DNA of 34,977 nucleotides from Thermoleophilia bacterium (GCA_025936595.1 JAICTB010000001.1:1-34977); one strand, 5' to 3'; numbered from the stretch's first letter, positions 16,195-24,893 are shown. Notes: a model not told the origin generated them from the sequence alone. Translations and numbers: made by a program.

Positions 16195-16976
16195 CGCTCC
16201 TCGCGGTCGCTGTCGCCGGGCGCGGTCTCGTCGATCCGGCCGAGCCGGTCTTTCGCGCCGACGATGAGGCGCTCCTGCGCGGCGCCGTCGCGTTCGAGAC
16301 CGTGCGCACGTACCGCGGCAGGCCGTTCCTGCTCGACCGCCACGTCGCGCGCTTCCACTTCTCGATCGGCGCCCTCGCGCTGCCGCCGGCCGGCGGCGTC
16401 GAGGAGCTCGTCGAGCTCGTCGTCGCGGTCGCGCCCGCCGATCACGTCCTGCGGCTCTACCGCACCGGGGAGGTGCTCGTCGCGACGGCGGCAGCGCTGC
16501 CGGACGGGCTCGAAGAGCTACGGGCGCGGGGAGTGCGGCTCGCGAGCGTCGACATCGGCGCGCCCGCGCCGCTCCTCGCGGGCGCCAAGACGACGAGCTA
16601 CGGCGAGGCGCTCGCGGCGCGGCGCGAGGCCGAGTCTGCCGGGGCGGACGAGGCGCTCCTCGTCGCCGGTGGGCTCGTGCTCGAGGCGGCGACGGCCAAC
16701 GTCTGGTGGCGACGCGGCGACCGCGTGTTCACGCCTGCGACGCGCGCGGGCGTGCTGCCCGGCGTCACGCGCGAGCTCGTGCTCGAGCTGGTGGAGGCGC
16801 GTGACGGCGCGTTTCCGGTCGAGGAGCTCGCGGCCGCCGACGAGGCGTTCACCACCTCGTCGATCCGGGAGGTGATGCCGGTCGTCGAGCTCGACGGGCG
16901 GCCCGTCGGCGACGGACGCCCCGGACCGCTCGCAGCGCGGCTGCAGGCTGCGCTGCGGCTACGCTCCGCCTCGTGA
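16191..16976 (+). CDS. pabC: Aminodeoxychorismate lyase / class IV aminotransferase
   Basis: The 261-aa product contains AFETVRTYRGRPFLLDRHVARF, AKTTSY, ADEALL, GVLPGVTRE and TTSSIREVMPV, a fold-type IV PLP pattern. There is an ATGA overlap with pabB. Confidence 0.8.
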   Translation: MTLLAVAVAGRGLVDPAEPVFRADDEALLRGAVAFETVRTYRGRPFLLDRHVARFHFSIGALALPPAGGVEELVELVVAVAPADHVLRLYRTGEVLVATAAALPDGLEELRARGVRLASVDIGAPAPLLAGAKTTSYGEALAARREAESAGADEALLVAGGLVLEAATANVWWRRGDRVFTPATRAGVLPGVTRELVLELVEARDGAFPVEELAAADEAFTTSSIREVMPVVELDGRPVGDGRPGPLAARLQAALRLRSAS

Positions 16977-17752
16977 AGGAACGCGTCCGGCTCGGAGGCA
17001 TGGCGCTCGCGAACGGCGTGCTGGTGCACGGGCCTCGCGCCTGGGCCTGCGCCGTCCGTACCGACGAGGGCGAGCTCAAGGTCGTCGCCCGCCGCAAGCG
17101 GTTTCGCGCCGCGCAGGTCTCGAGCCCGGTCCTGCGAGGCCCGGCGAAGATCGCCGAGGTGTTCGCGCTCCTGCCGCAGGTGAAGCGCGCGCTGCCGGAG
17201 GCTCTCCTGCCGATGCAGCGGCCGGGCGTGCTGGTCTCGATGCTCGGCACGGCGTTCGCCGTGCAAGGCGTCAGGCGCTCTGCGCTGCGCCCCGTCGCGC
17301 GCGAGCTTCTGTCGACGGGCCTGTCGCTCGCGCCGGCGGCGCTCGCGCTGCGCGGCGGCGACCTCGCTTCCTATCACGGCGCCGAGCACGTCTCGATCGG
17401 CACGTACGAGCACGGCACGACGCGACCGAAGGAGCACGAGCGGTGCGGCTCGCACCTGATCGGGCCGATGCTCCTGACGACGGCGGCGGGGAACCTCGTC
17501 GCCGAGCGCATGCCGGAGCGGTACCGCCGCGGTGCGCGCGCCGCCGGCGCGTTCGGCGCGATCGCAGCCTCCGTCGAGATCTTCGGTTGGATGACGCGCC
17601 ATCCCCGGCATCCGCTCGCCCGCGCGCTCGCGAAGCCGGGCCACGAGCTGCAACACCGGCTCGGGACGCGTGAGCCGAGCGAGGCCCAGCTCCAGGTCGC
17701 CGACGCCGCGCTGCACGCGTGTCTGGAGCTCGAGCTTGACGACGACACGTAA
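16973..17752 (+). CDS. DUF1385 domain protein (YqhQ-like)
   Basis: The 259-aa product contains GGMALANGVLVHG and the YHGAEH motif, followed by hydrophobic C-terminal segments. There is a GTGA overlap with pabC. Confidence 0.78.
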   Translation: MKERVRLGGMALANGVLVHGPRAWACAVRTDEGELKVVARRKRFRAAQVSSPVLRGPAKIAEVFALLPQVKRALPEALLPMQRPGVLVSMLGTAFAVQGVRRSALRPVARELLSTGLSLAPAALALRGGDLASYHGAEHVSIGTYEHGTTRPKEHERCGSHLIGPMLLTTAAGNLVAERMPERYRRGARAAGAFGAIAASVEIFGWMTRHPRHPLARALAKPGHELQHRLGTREPSEAQLQVADAALHACLELELDDDT

Positions 17753-18812
17753 GCGCCTCGACCCGGCGGTCTTCGACTTGCCGGTGGAGAAGATGCGCGC
17801 CGGCTGGTACACCGACGCGTACTTCAACTACACACGCGAGGCCCTCCGCTACGACGGGCTCGAGCCGCACGTGGTCATGCAGGTGTTCCAGAAGCGGCAC
17901 GCCTACCTCGGCGGCATGGACGAGGCGATCGCGATCCTCAAGCTCTGCGCCGACGACTTCGATGCGCTGACCGTCAACGCGCTCTACGACGGCGACCCGA
18001 TCGAGCCGTACGAGCCGGTGCTGACGATCGAAGGCGACTACACGACCTTTGCGCATCTCGAGACGGTGTATCTCGGCACGCTCGCGCGGCGCACGCTGAT
18101 CACGACCAACGTCGTCAACGTGCTGCGCGCCGCGAACGGCAAGCACGTCATCTTCATGCCGGCCCGTCATGATCACCATCGCGTCCAGACGGGCGACGGC
18201 TACGCCGCCTACGTGGCCGGGCAGATCGTCGGCGCACCGGTCGGCGTCACGACCGACGAGCAGGCCTCCTGGTGGGGCGGGATCGGCCTCGGGACGGTGC
18301 CGCATGCGTTGATCGCGGCCTACGGCGGCGACACGGTTGCCGCCGCGAAGCACTTCGCCGACTGGGCGCCGGAGGACATGAACGTGACCGTGCTCGTCGA
18401 CTTCGAGAACGACTCGGTGCGGACCGCGCTCGAGGTCGCCCGCGCGCTCGGGCCCCGCCTCTGGGGCGTGCGCCTCGACACGTCGGAGTCGCTCGTCGAC
18501 CAGTCGCTCTGGAACGAGCTCGGCGACTTCCGCCCGACCGGCGTCAACCCCCGGCTCGTGTGGAAAGTGCGTAGGGCGCTCGACGCCGCCGGGTTCGGCG
18601 AGGTTCGCATCGTCGTCTCCGGCGGGTTCACCGTCGAGAAGATCCACGAGTTCGAGGAGGCAGGCGTCCCCGTCGACGCGTACGGCGTCGGCTCCTCGCT
18701 GATTCGCGGCTCGAACGACTTCACCGGCGACATCGTCCTCACGGACGGGAAGCCGTCGGCGAAGGTCGGCCGGCACTACCGGCCGAACCCGCGGCTCGAG
18801 CTCGTCACGTGA
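17736..18812 (+). CDS. pncB: Nicotinate phosphoribosyltransferase family protein
   Basis: The product contains FDLPVEKMRAGWYTDAYF, MDEAIAILK, GTVPHALIAAYGG and RLDTSE motifs. The start is uncertain. I chose the TTG at 17736 because homologues begin upstream of the FDLPVEK segment; the next ATG, at 17793, would truncate that segment. Confidence 0.82.
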   Translation: MTTTRKRLDPAVFDLPVEKMRAGWYTDAYFNYTREALRYDGLEPHVVMQVFQKRHAYLGGMDEAIAILKLCADDFDALTVNALYDGDPIEPYEPVLTIEGDYTTFAHLETVYLGTLARRTLITTNVVNVLRAANGKHVIFMPARHDHHRVQTGDGYAAYVAGQIVGAPVGVTTDEQASWWGGIGLGTVPHALIAAYGGDTVAAAKHFADWAPEDMNVTVLVDFENDSVRTALEVARALGPRLWGVRLDTSESLVDQSLWNELGDFRPTGVNPRLVWKVRRALDAAGFGEVRIVVSGGFTVEKIHEFEEAGVPVDAYGVGSSLIRGSNDFTGDIVLTDGKPSAKVGRHYRPNPRLELVT

Positions 18813-19417
18813 GACGCATTCTCTGGGACGTCGACACGCAGGCTGACTTCGTCGAGCCGTCGGGGAAGCTGTATGTCCCCGGTGCTGAGCTGGCGCGGCC
18901 GGCGATGGCGCGGCTCGTCGAGGCGGCGCGCGCGGCGGGACTGCCGCACGTCGCATCCGCGGACGACCACGAGCTGACCGATCCCGAGATCTCCGCAGAG
19001 CCCGATTTCGAGGCGACCTGGCCACCGCACTGCCTGCGTGGGACACCGGGTGCGCTGCGCGTCCCGGAGACCCTGCAACGCGACCCGGTCGTGCTCGGCG
19101 AGACGCCGGTGCCGGGCTCGTGGCTGCGCGGGGGCGAGTTCCTGCTCCTGAAGAAGACGTATGACCCGTTCACGAACCCGAACGCGGAGGCGCTGCTCGA
19201 GCTGCTCGATCCCGACGAGATCGTTCTGTTCGGGGTCGCCTCGGACGTCTGCAACGACGCGGCCATTCGCGCCCTGCGCGCGCGGGGACGGGCTGTCACC
19301 TACGTCGAGGAGGCCTCGCGCGGGATCGACGAGGCGCGCACCGCTGCCTGCACGGCGGCCTGGCGGGATGTGGGCGTCCGCTTCGCTGCGCTCGACGAGC
19401 TGACGGCCGAGCTTTAG
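18809..19417 (+). CDS. pncA: Nicotinamidase / isochorismatase-family cysteine hydrolase
   Basis: The product contains WDVDTQADF (catalytic Asp), WPPHCLRGTPGA (nicotinamidase metal/oxyanion motif), LLKKTYDPF (Lys) and GVASDVCNDAA (catalytic Cys). There is a GTGA overlap with pncB. Confidence 0.82.
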   Translation: MRRILWDVDTQADFVEPSGKLYVPGAELARPAMARLVEAARAAGLPHVASADDHELTDPEISAEPDFEATWPPHCLRGTPGALRVPETLQRDPVVLGETPVPGSWLRGGEFLLLKKTYDPFTNPNAEALLELLDPDEIVLFGVASDVCNDAAIRALRARGRAVTYVEEASRGIDEARTAACTAAWRDVGVRFAALDELTAEL

Positions 19418-19427
19418 GTTCCGGCTG

Positions 19428-20972
19428 GTGCTGCCGATGCGTCCCTCGATGCTCGTCGGCTTCGACTTTGTGCAGTGGGCAAGTGACTTCACGACAACGT
19501 GGATACCACTGCTCTTCTTCTTCCTCATGTGCGTCGTCGTCTGGCTCCTCTGGAAGACGGTCAAGCTCATGCCGCGCGTCAAGCCGATGGAGATCACGCC
19601 GGGCAGCGCCTCCGCGGTCACGTGGGCCGACGTCGCCGGCCTCGACGAGGCGAAGGAGGAGCTGCAGGAGATCGTCGACTTCCTGCGCAACCCCGAGCAC
19701 TTCGAGTCGCTCGGCGCGCGCGTGCCGAAGGGCATTCTCTTCCACGGGCCGCCCGGCACGGGCAAGACGCTTGCCGCGAAGGCGATTGCAAACGAGTCCG
19801 GCGCCCGCTTCTATGCGCAGAGCGCCTCGGCGTTCGTCGAGATGTTCGCCGGCCTGGGTGCCGCCCGCATCCGCAAGCTCTTCGAGGAAGCGCGGAAGAA
19901 CGCGCCGTCGATCGTCTTCATCGATGAGCTCGATGCCGTGGGCCAGGCCCGGAGCGGGCATTCGTTCAACCGCGAGCAGGATCAGACGCTCAACCAGCTC
20001 CTCGTCGAGCTCGACGGCTTCGGGCAACGCGAGCAGGTGGTCGTGATGGCCGCCTCGAACCGCCTGCAGGATCTCGACCCCGCGCTCCTGCGGCCCGGCC
20101 GGTTCGACCGCCAGATCTTCATCCAGCCCCCCGACCTGAAGGGTCGTCGCGCGATCCTCGGCGTGCACATGCGCGGCAAGCCGCTCGGGGAGGACGTGGA
20201 CATCGACGCCATCGCGCGCCAGACCGCAGGGCTCACCGGCGCCGACCTCGCGAACATCTGCAACGAGGCGGCGATCTCGGCCGGGCGCAAGGACCGGCCT
20301 GCGCTGACGCAGGCCGACTTCGACTACGCGCTCGAACGAGTGGTCGCGGGCCTGCAGCAGCGCCGCGTCGTCACCGACAAGGAGAAGCGGATCCTCGCCT
20401 ACCACGAGGGCGGGCACGCGCTCGTCTCGCATCTCGTCGGCAACCAGCCCGAGAAGGCGACGATCATCGCACGCGGGACTGCGCTCGGCTACGTGCTGCA
20501 CCTCCCCGAGGAGGAGCGGTACCTCGAGACGAAGGAAGAGCTGCTCGCCTGGATGGTGATGGCGCTCGCCGGACGCGCCGCGGAGGAGCTCGTCTTCGGG
20601 CGGGTCACGAACGGCGCCGCCAACGATCTCGAGAAGGTGACCGCGATCGCCCGCGCCATGGTGTTCGAATGGGGCATGGGCGAATCGGTCACCTCACGCA
20701 CCATGCGCGCCGACAACTATGCGTTGTCCGAGGAGACGAAGCGCCTCCGTGACAGCGAACAGGCCCGGTTGACCGACCACGCCTACGAGGAGGCGCAGCG
20801 CCTGCTGTCGCACCACCGCGTCGCGCTCGACCGGATCGCCGCCGCGCTCCTCGACCGGGAGACGCTCTCCCGTGACGAGCTCGTCGAGCTCTTCCAGGAC
20901 GTCGAGCCCGACTCTCGCTCTGCCGAGACCGTCGGCGTCGTTCGCGCCCTCGGCGCCGATCCGACCGGGTAG
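19428..20972 (+). CDS. ftsH: FtsH-family ATP-dependent zinc metalloprotease, N-terminally minimal paralogue
   Basis: The product carries Walker A GPPGTGKT, Walker B IVFIDELD, the SRH segment AASNRLQDLDPALLRPGRFD and the zinc motif HEGGHAL. Only one hydrophobic segment (WIPLLFFFLMCVVVWLLW) precedes the AAA module. The start is the GTG at 19428 or the ATG at 19437. Confidence 0.9.
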   Translation: MLPMRPSMLVGFDFVQWASDFTTTWIPLLFFFLMCVVVWLLWKTVKLMPRVKPMEITPGSASAVTWADVAGLDEAKEELQEIVDFLRNPEHFESLGARVPKGILFHGPPGTGKTLAAKAIANESGARFYAQSASAFVEMFAGLGAARIRKLFEEARKNAPSIVFIDELDAVGQARSGHSFNREQDQTLNQLLVELDGFGQREQVVVMAASNRLQDLDPALLRPGRFDRQIFIQPPDLKGRRAILGVHMRGKPLGEDVDIDAIARQTAGLTGADLANICNEAAISAGRKDRPALTQADFDYALERVVAGLQQRRVVTDKEKRILAYHEGGHALVSHLVGNQPEKATIIARGTALGYVLHLPEEERYLETKEELLAWMVMALAGRAAEELVFGRVTNGAANDLEKVTAIARAMVFEWGMGESVTSRTMRADNYALSEETKRLRDSEQARLTDHAYEEAQRLLSHHRVALDRIAAALLDRETLSRDELVELFQDVEPDSRSAETVGVVRALGADPTG

Positions 20973-20983
20973 CCTCCGCCTGC

Positions 20984-21379
20984 GTGAGCGGGCTCCACCA
21001 TGTCGGGATTGCGGTCGACGACCTCGACGCCGCGATCGCCAACTACGAGGCGCTCTTCGGGGCCTCCGTCGAGCATCGCGAGACCGTTCCCGACCAGGGT
21101 GTCGAGGCGGCATTGCTCCGCGTCGGCGGCTCGCGTGTCGAGCTGCTTCGCCCCCTCGAGCCGGACACTCCCGTGGGGCGGTTCCTCGCCAAGCGCGGGC
21201 CGGGCCTCCATCACGTCGCCTTCGAGGTCGCCGACGTGGCAGCCGAGCTCGCCCGCCTGCGCGCTGACGGAGTGCAGCTGATCGACGAGGAGCCGCGCCA
21301 GGGGCTCTTCGGGTTGCAGGTCGGATTCGTCCACCCGGAGGCGACCGGCGGCGTTCTGGCAGAGTTCGTCGGACGATGA
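20984..21379 (+). CDS. mce: Methylmalonyl-CoA epimerase (VOC family)
   Basis: The 131-aa product contains LHHVGIAVDDLDAAI, PVGRFLAKRGPGLHHVAFEV and GVLAEFV. The start is a GTG at 20984. Confidence 0.85.
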   Translation: MSGLHHVGIAVDDLDAAIANYEALFGASVEHRETVPDQGVEAALLRVGGSRVELLRPLEPDTPVGRFLAKRGPGLHHVAFEVADVAAELARLRADGVQLIDEEPRQGLFGLQVGFVHPEATGGVLAEFVGR

Positions 21380-21609
21380 CGCAAATCGACCGCATCAGGA
21401 TCGAGATCGCCTTCGACGGCACGCAGGTGCTGTCCGTCCTCGTGCCGCAGCAGACGGCGGAGGATCTCGACCGTGCCCTCGCCGGCGACCACGACAGTTC
21501 GTATGCCTTCGAGGCCGAGGATGGGCGCTACACGATCGCGCTTCGCCGTGTGGTGTACGTCAAGCGGTTTGCGCGTGAGAGCCGTGTCGGCTTCGGCGCG
21601 GCTGCCTAG
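21376..21609 (+). CDS. DUF3107-like small protein
   Basis: The 77-aa product shows the pattern IRIEIAF...TAEDLDRAL...EAEDGRYTIALRRVVYVKRFARESRVGFG. By eye this matches the actinobacterial DUF3107 layout. There is an ATGA overlap with the epimerase gene. Confidence 0.6.
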   Translation: MTQIDRIRIEIAFDGTQVLSVLVPQQTAEDLDRALAGDHDSSYAFEAEDGRYTIALRRVVYVKRFARESRVGFGAAA

Positions 21610-21650
21610 CCGGGTTAGCGGCGATACCTCGCGGGGCACCAATTCGACGT

Positions 21651-22235
21651 ATGAGCGAGACGGCCCTCGGGAAGAAGCAGAGTGAGACCCAGCGCGTCCG
21701 CGGTCTCGTCGACCGCGCCCAGCAGGGCGACCGTGGCGCACTGGAGGAGCTGTACCTCATCCACTTCGACCGCATCTACAGCTACCTGCACGTCAGCGTC
21801 GGCAACCGCCACGACGCGGAGGACCTGACGACGCAGACGTTCCTGAAGATGCTCGAGAAGATCAACAAGTTCCGCTGGCAGTCGGCGCCGTTCTCGGCGT
21901 GGCTCTTCCGGATCGCCCACAACCTCGCCATGGACCATTTCCGTGCGACTCGCCGCTGGCAATCGGAGGAAGAGCCGCCCGAGCCCGAGCCCGACGACAC
22001 GACCTCGGCCGAGGCCGGCGCGCTCGAGTCGATCGGCCGCAGGTCGATGCTCGAGCTGATCGAGGACCTTTCGCCCGAGCAGCAGCAGGTGCTGACCCTG
22101 AAGTTCGTCTTCAACTTCGCGAACGCCGAGGCGGCGACGATCCTCGGCAAGACCGAGGGCGCGATCAAGTCGCTGCAGCATCGCGCTCTCGCATCGCTGC
22201 AGAAGCAGCTCGAGAAGCGCGAGTCCGCCGGGTAG
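21651..22235 (+). CDS. ECF-type RNA polymerase sigma-70 family factor
   Basis: Region 2 reads DAEDLTTQTFLKMLEKINKF...FSAWLFRIAHNLAMDHFR. Region 4 reads LSPEQQQVLTLKFVFNFANAEAATILGKTEGAIKSLQHRAL. Confidence 0.88.
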   Translation: MSETALGKKQSETQRVRGLVDRAQQGDRGALEELYLIHFDRIYSYLHVSVGNRHDAEDLTTQTFLKMLEKINKFRWQSAPFSAWLFRIAHNLAMDHFRATRRWQSEEEPPEPEPDDTTSAEAGALESIGRRSMLELIEDLSPEQQQVLTLKFVFNFANAEAATILGKTEGAIKSLQHRALASLQKQLEKRESAG

Positions 22236-22248
22236 CTACCCTCCGCGC

Positions 22249-23172
22249 GTGGCACTCGAGGTCGGCATCGTCGGCCCGTCCGGCGGCGGGAAGACATCGC
22301 TCTTCACCGCGCTCACGAAGACGGGCGGCGGCGAGTACGGGAAGACGAACGTCGGCATGGCGCCGATCGCCGATGAGCGCCTGCACGCGCTCGCGCGAGT
22401 CGTGAAGGCCCGGAAGATCACGCCTGCGACGATCCGCGTGCAGGATGTCCCGGGCTCGGGTACCGCCCAGCTCGGCAACCTGCGCCAGGTCGACGCCCTG
22501 CTCGTCGTCCTGCGCGGGTTCGGCTCCGGCGCGACGCCGGACGACGACCTGGAGAACTTCAAGCTCGAGCTGCTCGTCGCCGACCGGGACCACGTCGAGC
22601 GGCGGCTCGAGCGCGTCGAGAAGCAGGCGAAGTCGGGCGACGCGAAGGTGCGCGCCGAGCTCGACGAGCTCCGCAAGGTGCTCGCGCACGTCGATGCCGG
22701 CGGAGCGCTCTCCGACTACCCCGGATCGCTGCCGGGCGAGCTCGAGCCGCTGACGACGAAGCCCCTGATCGCCGTCGTGAACGGCCCGGGCGGCATCGAC
22801 CTGAAGCTCGAGGCTGAGCTGGCCGAGCTGCCTGACGAAGACGCGGAGGCGTTTCGCGACGGCAGCGAATCGGCGCTGGACGAGATCGCCGGACGCCTCG
22901 CCCGCTCGCTGGACCTCGTCACGTTCTTCACGGCCGGCGAGCAGGATACGAGAGCCTGGACGCTGCGCAACGGCCAGACCGCGCTCGATGCCGCCGGAGC
23001 GATCCACACCGACATCGCGCGCGGCTTCATCCGCTGTGAGGTCGTCAACTGGCAGGACCTCGTGACCGCCGGCTCGCACGCCGAGGTAGCCAGGCAGGGG
23101 AAGCAGGGACTGGAAGGCAAGACCTACATCGTCCGCGAGGGCGATGTGCTGAACATCCGGTTCAACGTCTGA
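22249..23172 (+). CDS. ychF: YchF/Ola1-family ATPase, short divergent form
   Basis: The P-loop is GIVGPSGGGKTSLF. The C-terminal TGS-like region FFTAGEQDTRAWTLRNGQTALDAAGAIHTDIARGFIRCEVV...GKTYIVREGDVLNIRFNV closely follows the YchF pattern. It is 307 aa, against about 360 aa for typical YchF. Confidence 0.82.
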   Translation: MALEVGIVGPSGGGKTSLFTALTKTGGGEYGKTNVGMAPIADERLHALARVVKARKITPATIRVQDVPGSGTAQLGNLRQVDALLVVLRGFGSGATPDDDLENFKLELLVADRDHVERRLERVEKQAKSGDAKVRAELDELRKVLAHVDAGGALSDYPGSLPGELEPLTTKPLIAVVNGPGGIDLKLEAELAELPDEDAEAFRDGSESALDEIAGRLARSLDLVTFFTAGEQDTRAWTLRNGQTALDAAGAIHTDIARGFIRCEVVNWQDLVTAGSHAEVARQGKQGLEGKTYIVREGDVLNIRFNV

Positions 23173-23202
23173 CACGTCCCCTTGGTCTGTGTGTCGTCCC
23201 CG

Positions 23203-23242
23203 CACAGGTGACCACCTGTGGGTACGCACAGGTGCACACCTG
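23203..23242. terminator. Two tandem related palindromes in the convergent ychF/eamA spacer (candidate bidirectional terminators)
   Basis: The first is CACAGGTG-AC-CACCTGTG (23203-23220). The second is CACAGGTG-CA-CACCTG (23227-23242). Both lie between two convergent stop codons, and no U-tracts are present. Confidence 0.4.
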
Positions 23243-23244
23243 GG

Positions 23245-24075
23245 TCAGACGCTGATCAGGACGACGCCTGTCAACGTCAGCACGATTCCCGCCTTCTGCA
23301 ACGGCGCGACGCTCTCCCGGAGGACCGCGGCCGCGAGCAGCACCGTCACGATCGGATAGAGCGACGCCAGCACGGCGGTGAGGCTGACGAGACCGTGGCC
23401 GGACGAGGCCGCGAAGAGGGCGTTCCCGAGGGTGTCGCCGATCCCGACGGCGCAGACGATTGCGAGCTCCTTCGGCCGGAGCTTCAGCGTCGGCGGCCGT
23501 TTCGCCGTGACGACTCCGGCCATCAGGACGAGCGCCGTGACGCGGAAGACGAATGACGCCCACCAGAAGTCGACCTTCCCTGCCGCGTGCATCCACGGAA
23601 AGTAGAAGCCGAAGCCGAGTGCTGCGAGCAGCGCGAGACCCACGCCGGCGGCGACCCGGTGTGACCCTTCGTGGTGCTCGATCGACGCGAGCCCAACGCC
23701 TGCAAGCGCGCAGGCGATGCCGACGATCTGCGGCGCGGAGGGGTGGTCGCCGGTCACGATGCCGAAGACGACGGGGATGATCGCCGAGACGCCCGCGATC
23801 GGTGCGACGACGCTCATAGCACCGGCGAGCATCCCCCGGTAGTACGCGAAGAGGCCGAGCATCCCGCCGAGCGACGCGAGGATCGCGAACAGCACCGGCC
23901 AGCCTCGCGGGCCCTCTCCTCGGACAGCCACCGCGAGGGCGATTGCCGCAACGCCGCCGACCTGCGCCCAGAAGAGAACGCGTATCGAGCCGAGCGTGCG
24001 GCTGAACAGCGGGCCTACGAAGTCCGCGACCCCCCATGCCAGGCTCGCGCCGAGCGCGAGGAGGAGCGGCGTCAA
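23245..24075 (-). CDS. EamA/DMT-family transporter
   Basis: The 276-aa product is polytopic with about 10 hydrophobic segments and starts (TTG)TPLLLALGASLAWGVADF. The TTG start overlaps the upstream stop (TTGA). Confidence 0.82.
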   Translation of the reverse strand: MTPLLLALGASLAWGVADFVGPLFSRTLGSIRVLFWAQVGGVAAIALAVAVRGEGPRGWPVLFAILASLGGMLGLFAYYRGMLAGAMSVVAPIAGVSAIIPVVFGIVTGDHPSAPQIVGIACALAGVGLASIEHHEGSHRVAAGVGLALLAALGFGFYFPWMHAAGKVDFWWASFVFRVTALVLMAGVVTAKRPPTLKLRPKELAIVCAVGIGDTLGNALFAASSGHGLVSLTAVLASLYPIVTVLLAAAVLRESVAPLQKAGIVLTLTGVVLISV

Positions 24076-24884
24076 TCGACTCTGCGCGTGGCGGCGATCG
24101 CGTCGAGCTGGTTGGCGTGGTAGAGCACCGCCGCCTCGGCAGTGCGGGCGGCGCGTCCGTCGTGGTGTGCCGCGACGCAGTGGAGAAGCTCCGCGAGCTG
24201 GCCGGTGCTCAGGCCGTCGGCTCGCTCTTCGATCAGCCGCAGGCCGAGGTGCACGTGACCGAGCAGCCGTCCTTCGTCCGTGGCCGTGAAGGCCGGCCCG
24301 CGGCCGAGCTCGAGCGTCCGACCCACGTCGTGCACGAGCGCCGCGGCGAGCAGCAGCTCGGCCCGCAGGCGCGGATGGAGCTGTGCCGTCTCGCGGCAGA
24401 GCGTGGCCACGCCGACCGTGTGCTCGAGCAGCCCACCTGCATAAGAGTGGTGGTCGTCTGCAGTGGCCGGGTAGGCAGCGAGCTCGCGGTCGGCGAGCAC
24501 CGCGCGCACGGTCGCCGCGAGGCCCGGATGCGAGATCTCGGCGACGAGGAACTCCAGGAAGCCGGCGAGCTCGTCCTCGTCGCGGCGAAGCGCCGGAGTG
24601 AGCGACGCGGGGTCGACCTCGGTCGCCTCGAGCGAGCGGATGTCGAGCTGCAGCCGGTCGCGAAACTTCTCGACCCGGCCGAGCACCCGCACCGCGTCGC
24701 CCTCGCCGAACCGCGCGTCGAGCAGTTCGACGTCCTTCCAGACCCTTGCCTGAATCTGCCCCGTCGCGTCGACGAGCTCGAGCGCCAGGTAGGACGCGCC
24801 GGACTTCGTGCGGAGCTTGCGCTTCGAGCGGACCGCGTACACGGCCTCGACGACCCGGTCCTCTGCCAGCTCCGCGATCGACAT
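24072..24884 (-). CDS. OB-fold plus HD-domain phosphohydrolase (YhaM-like 3'-5' exoribonuclease family)
   Basis: An N-terminal OB-like segment (KSGASYLALELVDATGQIQARVW) is followed by an HD domain (HHSYAGGLLEHT and LVHDVGR). Confidence 0.75.
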   Translation of the reverse strand: MSIAELAEDRVVEAVYAVRSKRKLRTKSGASYLALELVDATGQIQARVWKDVELLDARFGEGDAVRVLGRVEKFRDRLQLDIRSLEATEVDPASLTPALRRDEDELAGFLEFLVAEISHPGLAATVRAVLADRELAAYPATADDHHSYAGGLLEHTVGVATLCRETAQLHPRLRAELLLAAALVHDVGRTLELGRGPAFTATDEGRLLGHVHLGLRLIEERADGLSTGQLAELLHCVAAHHDGRAARTAEAAVLYHANQLDAIAATRRVD

Positions 24885-24893
24885 GCGGCCAAT

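Noticed and set aside
21610-21650. A possible ECF-type autoregulatory promoter upstream of the sigma factor gene.
   Set aside because: The 41-nt spacer (GCCGGGTTAGCGGCGATACCTCGCGGGGCACCAATTCGACGT) has no convincing AAC-N16/17-CGT-type or TTGACA/TAnnnT pair at proper spacing.
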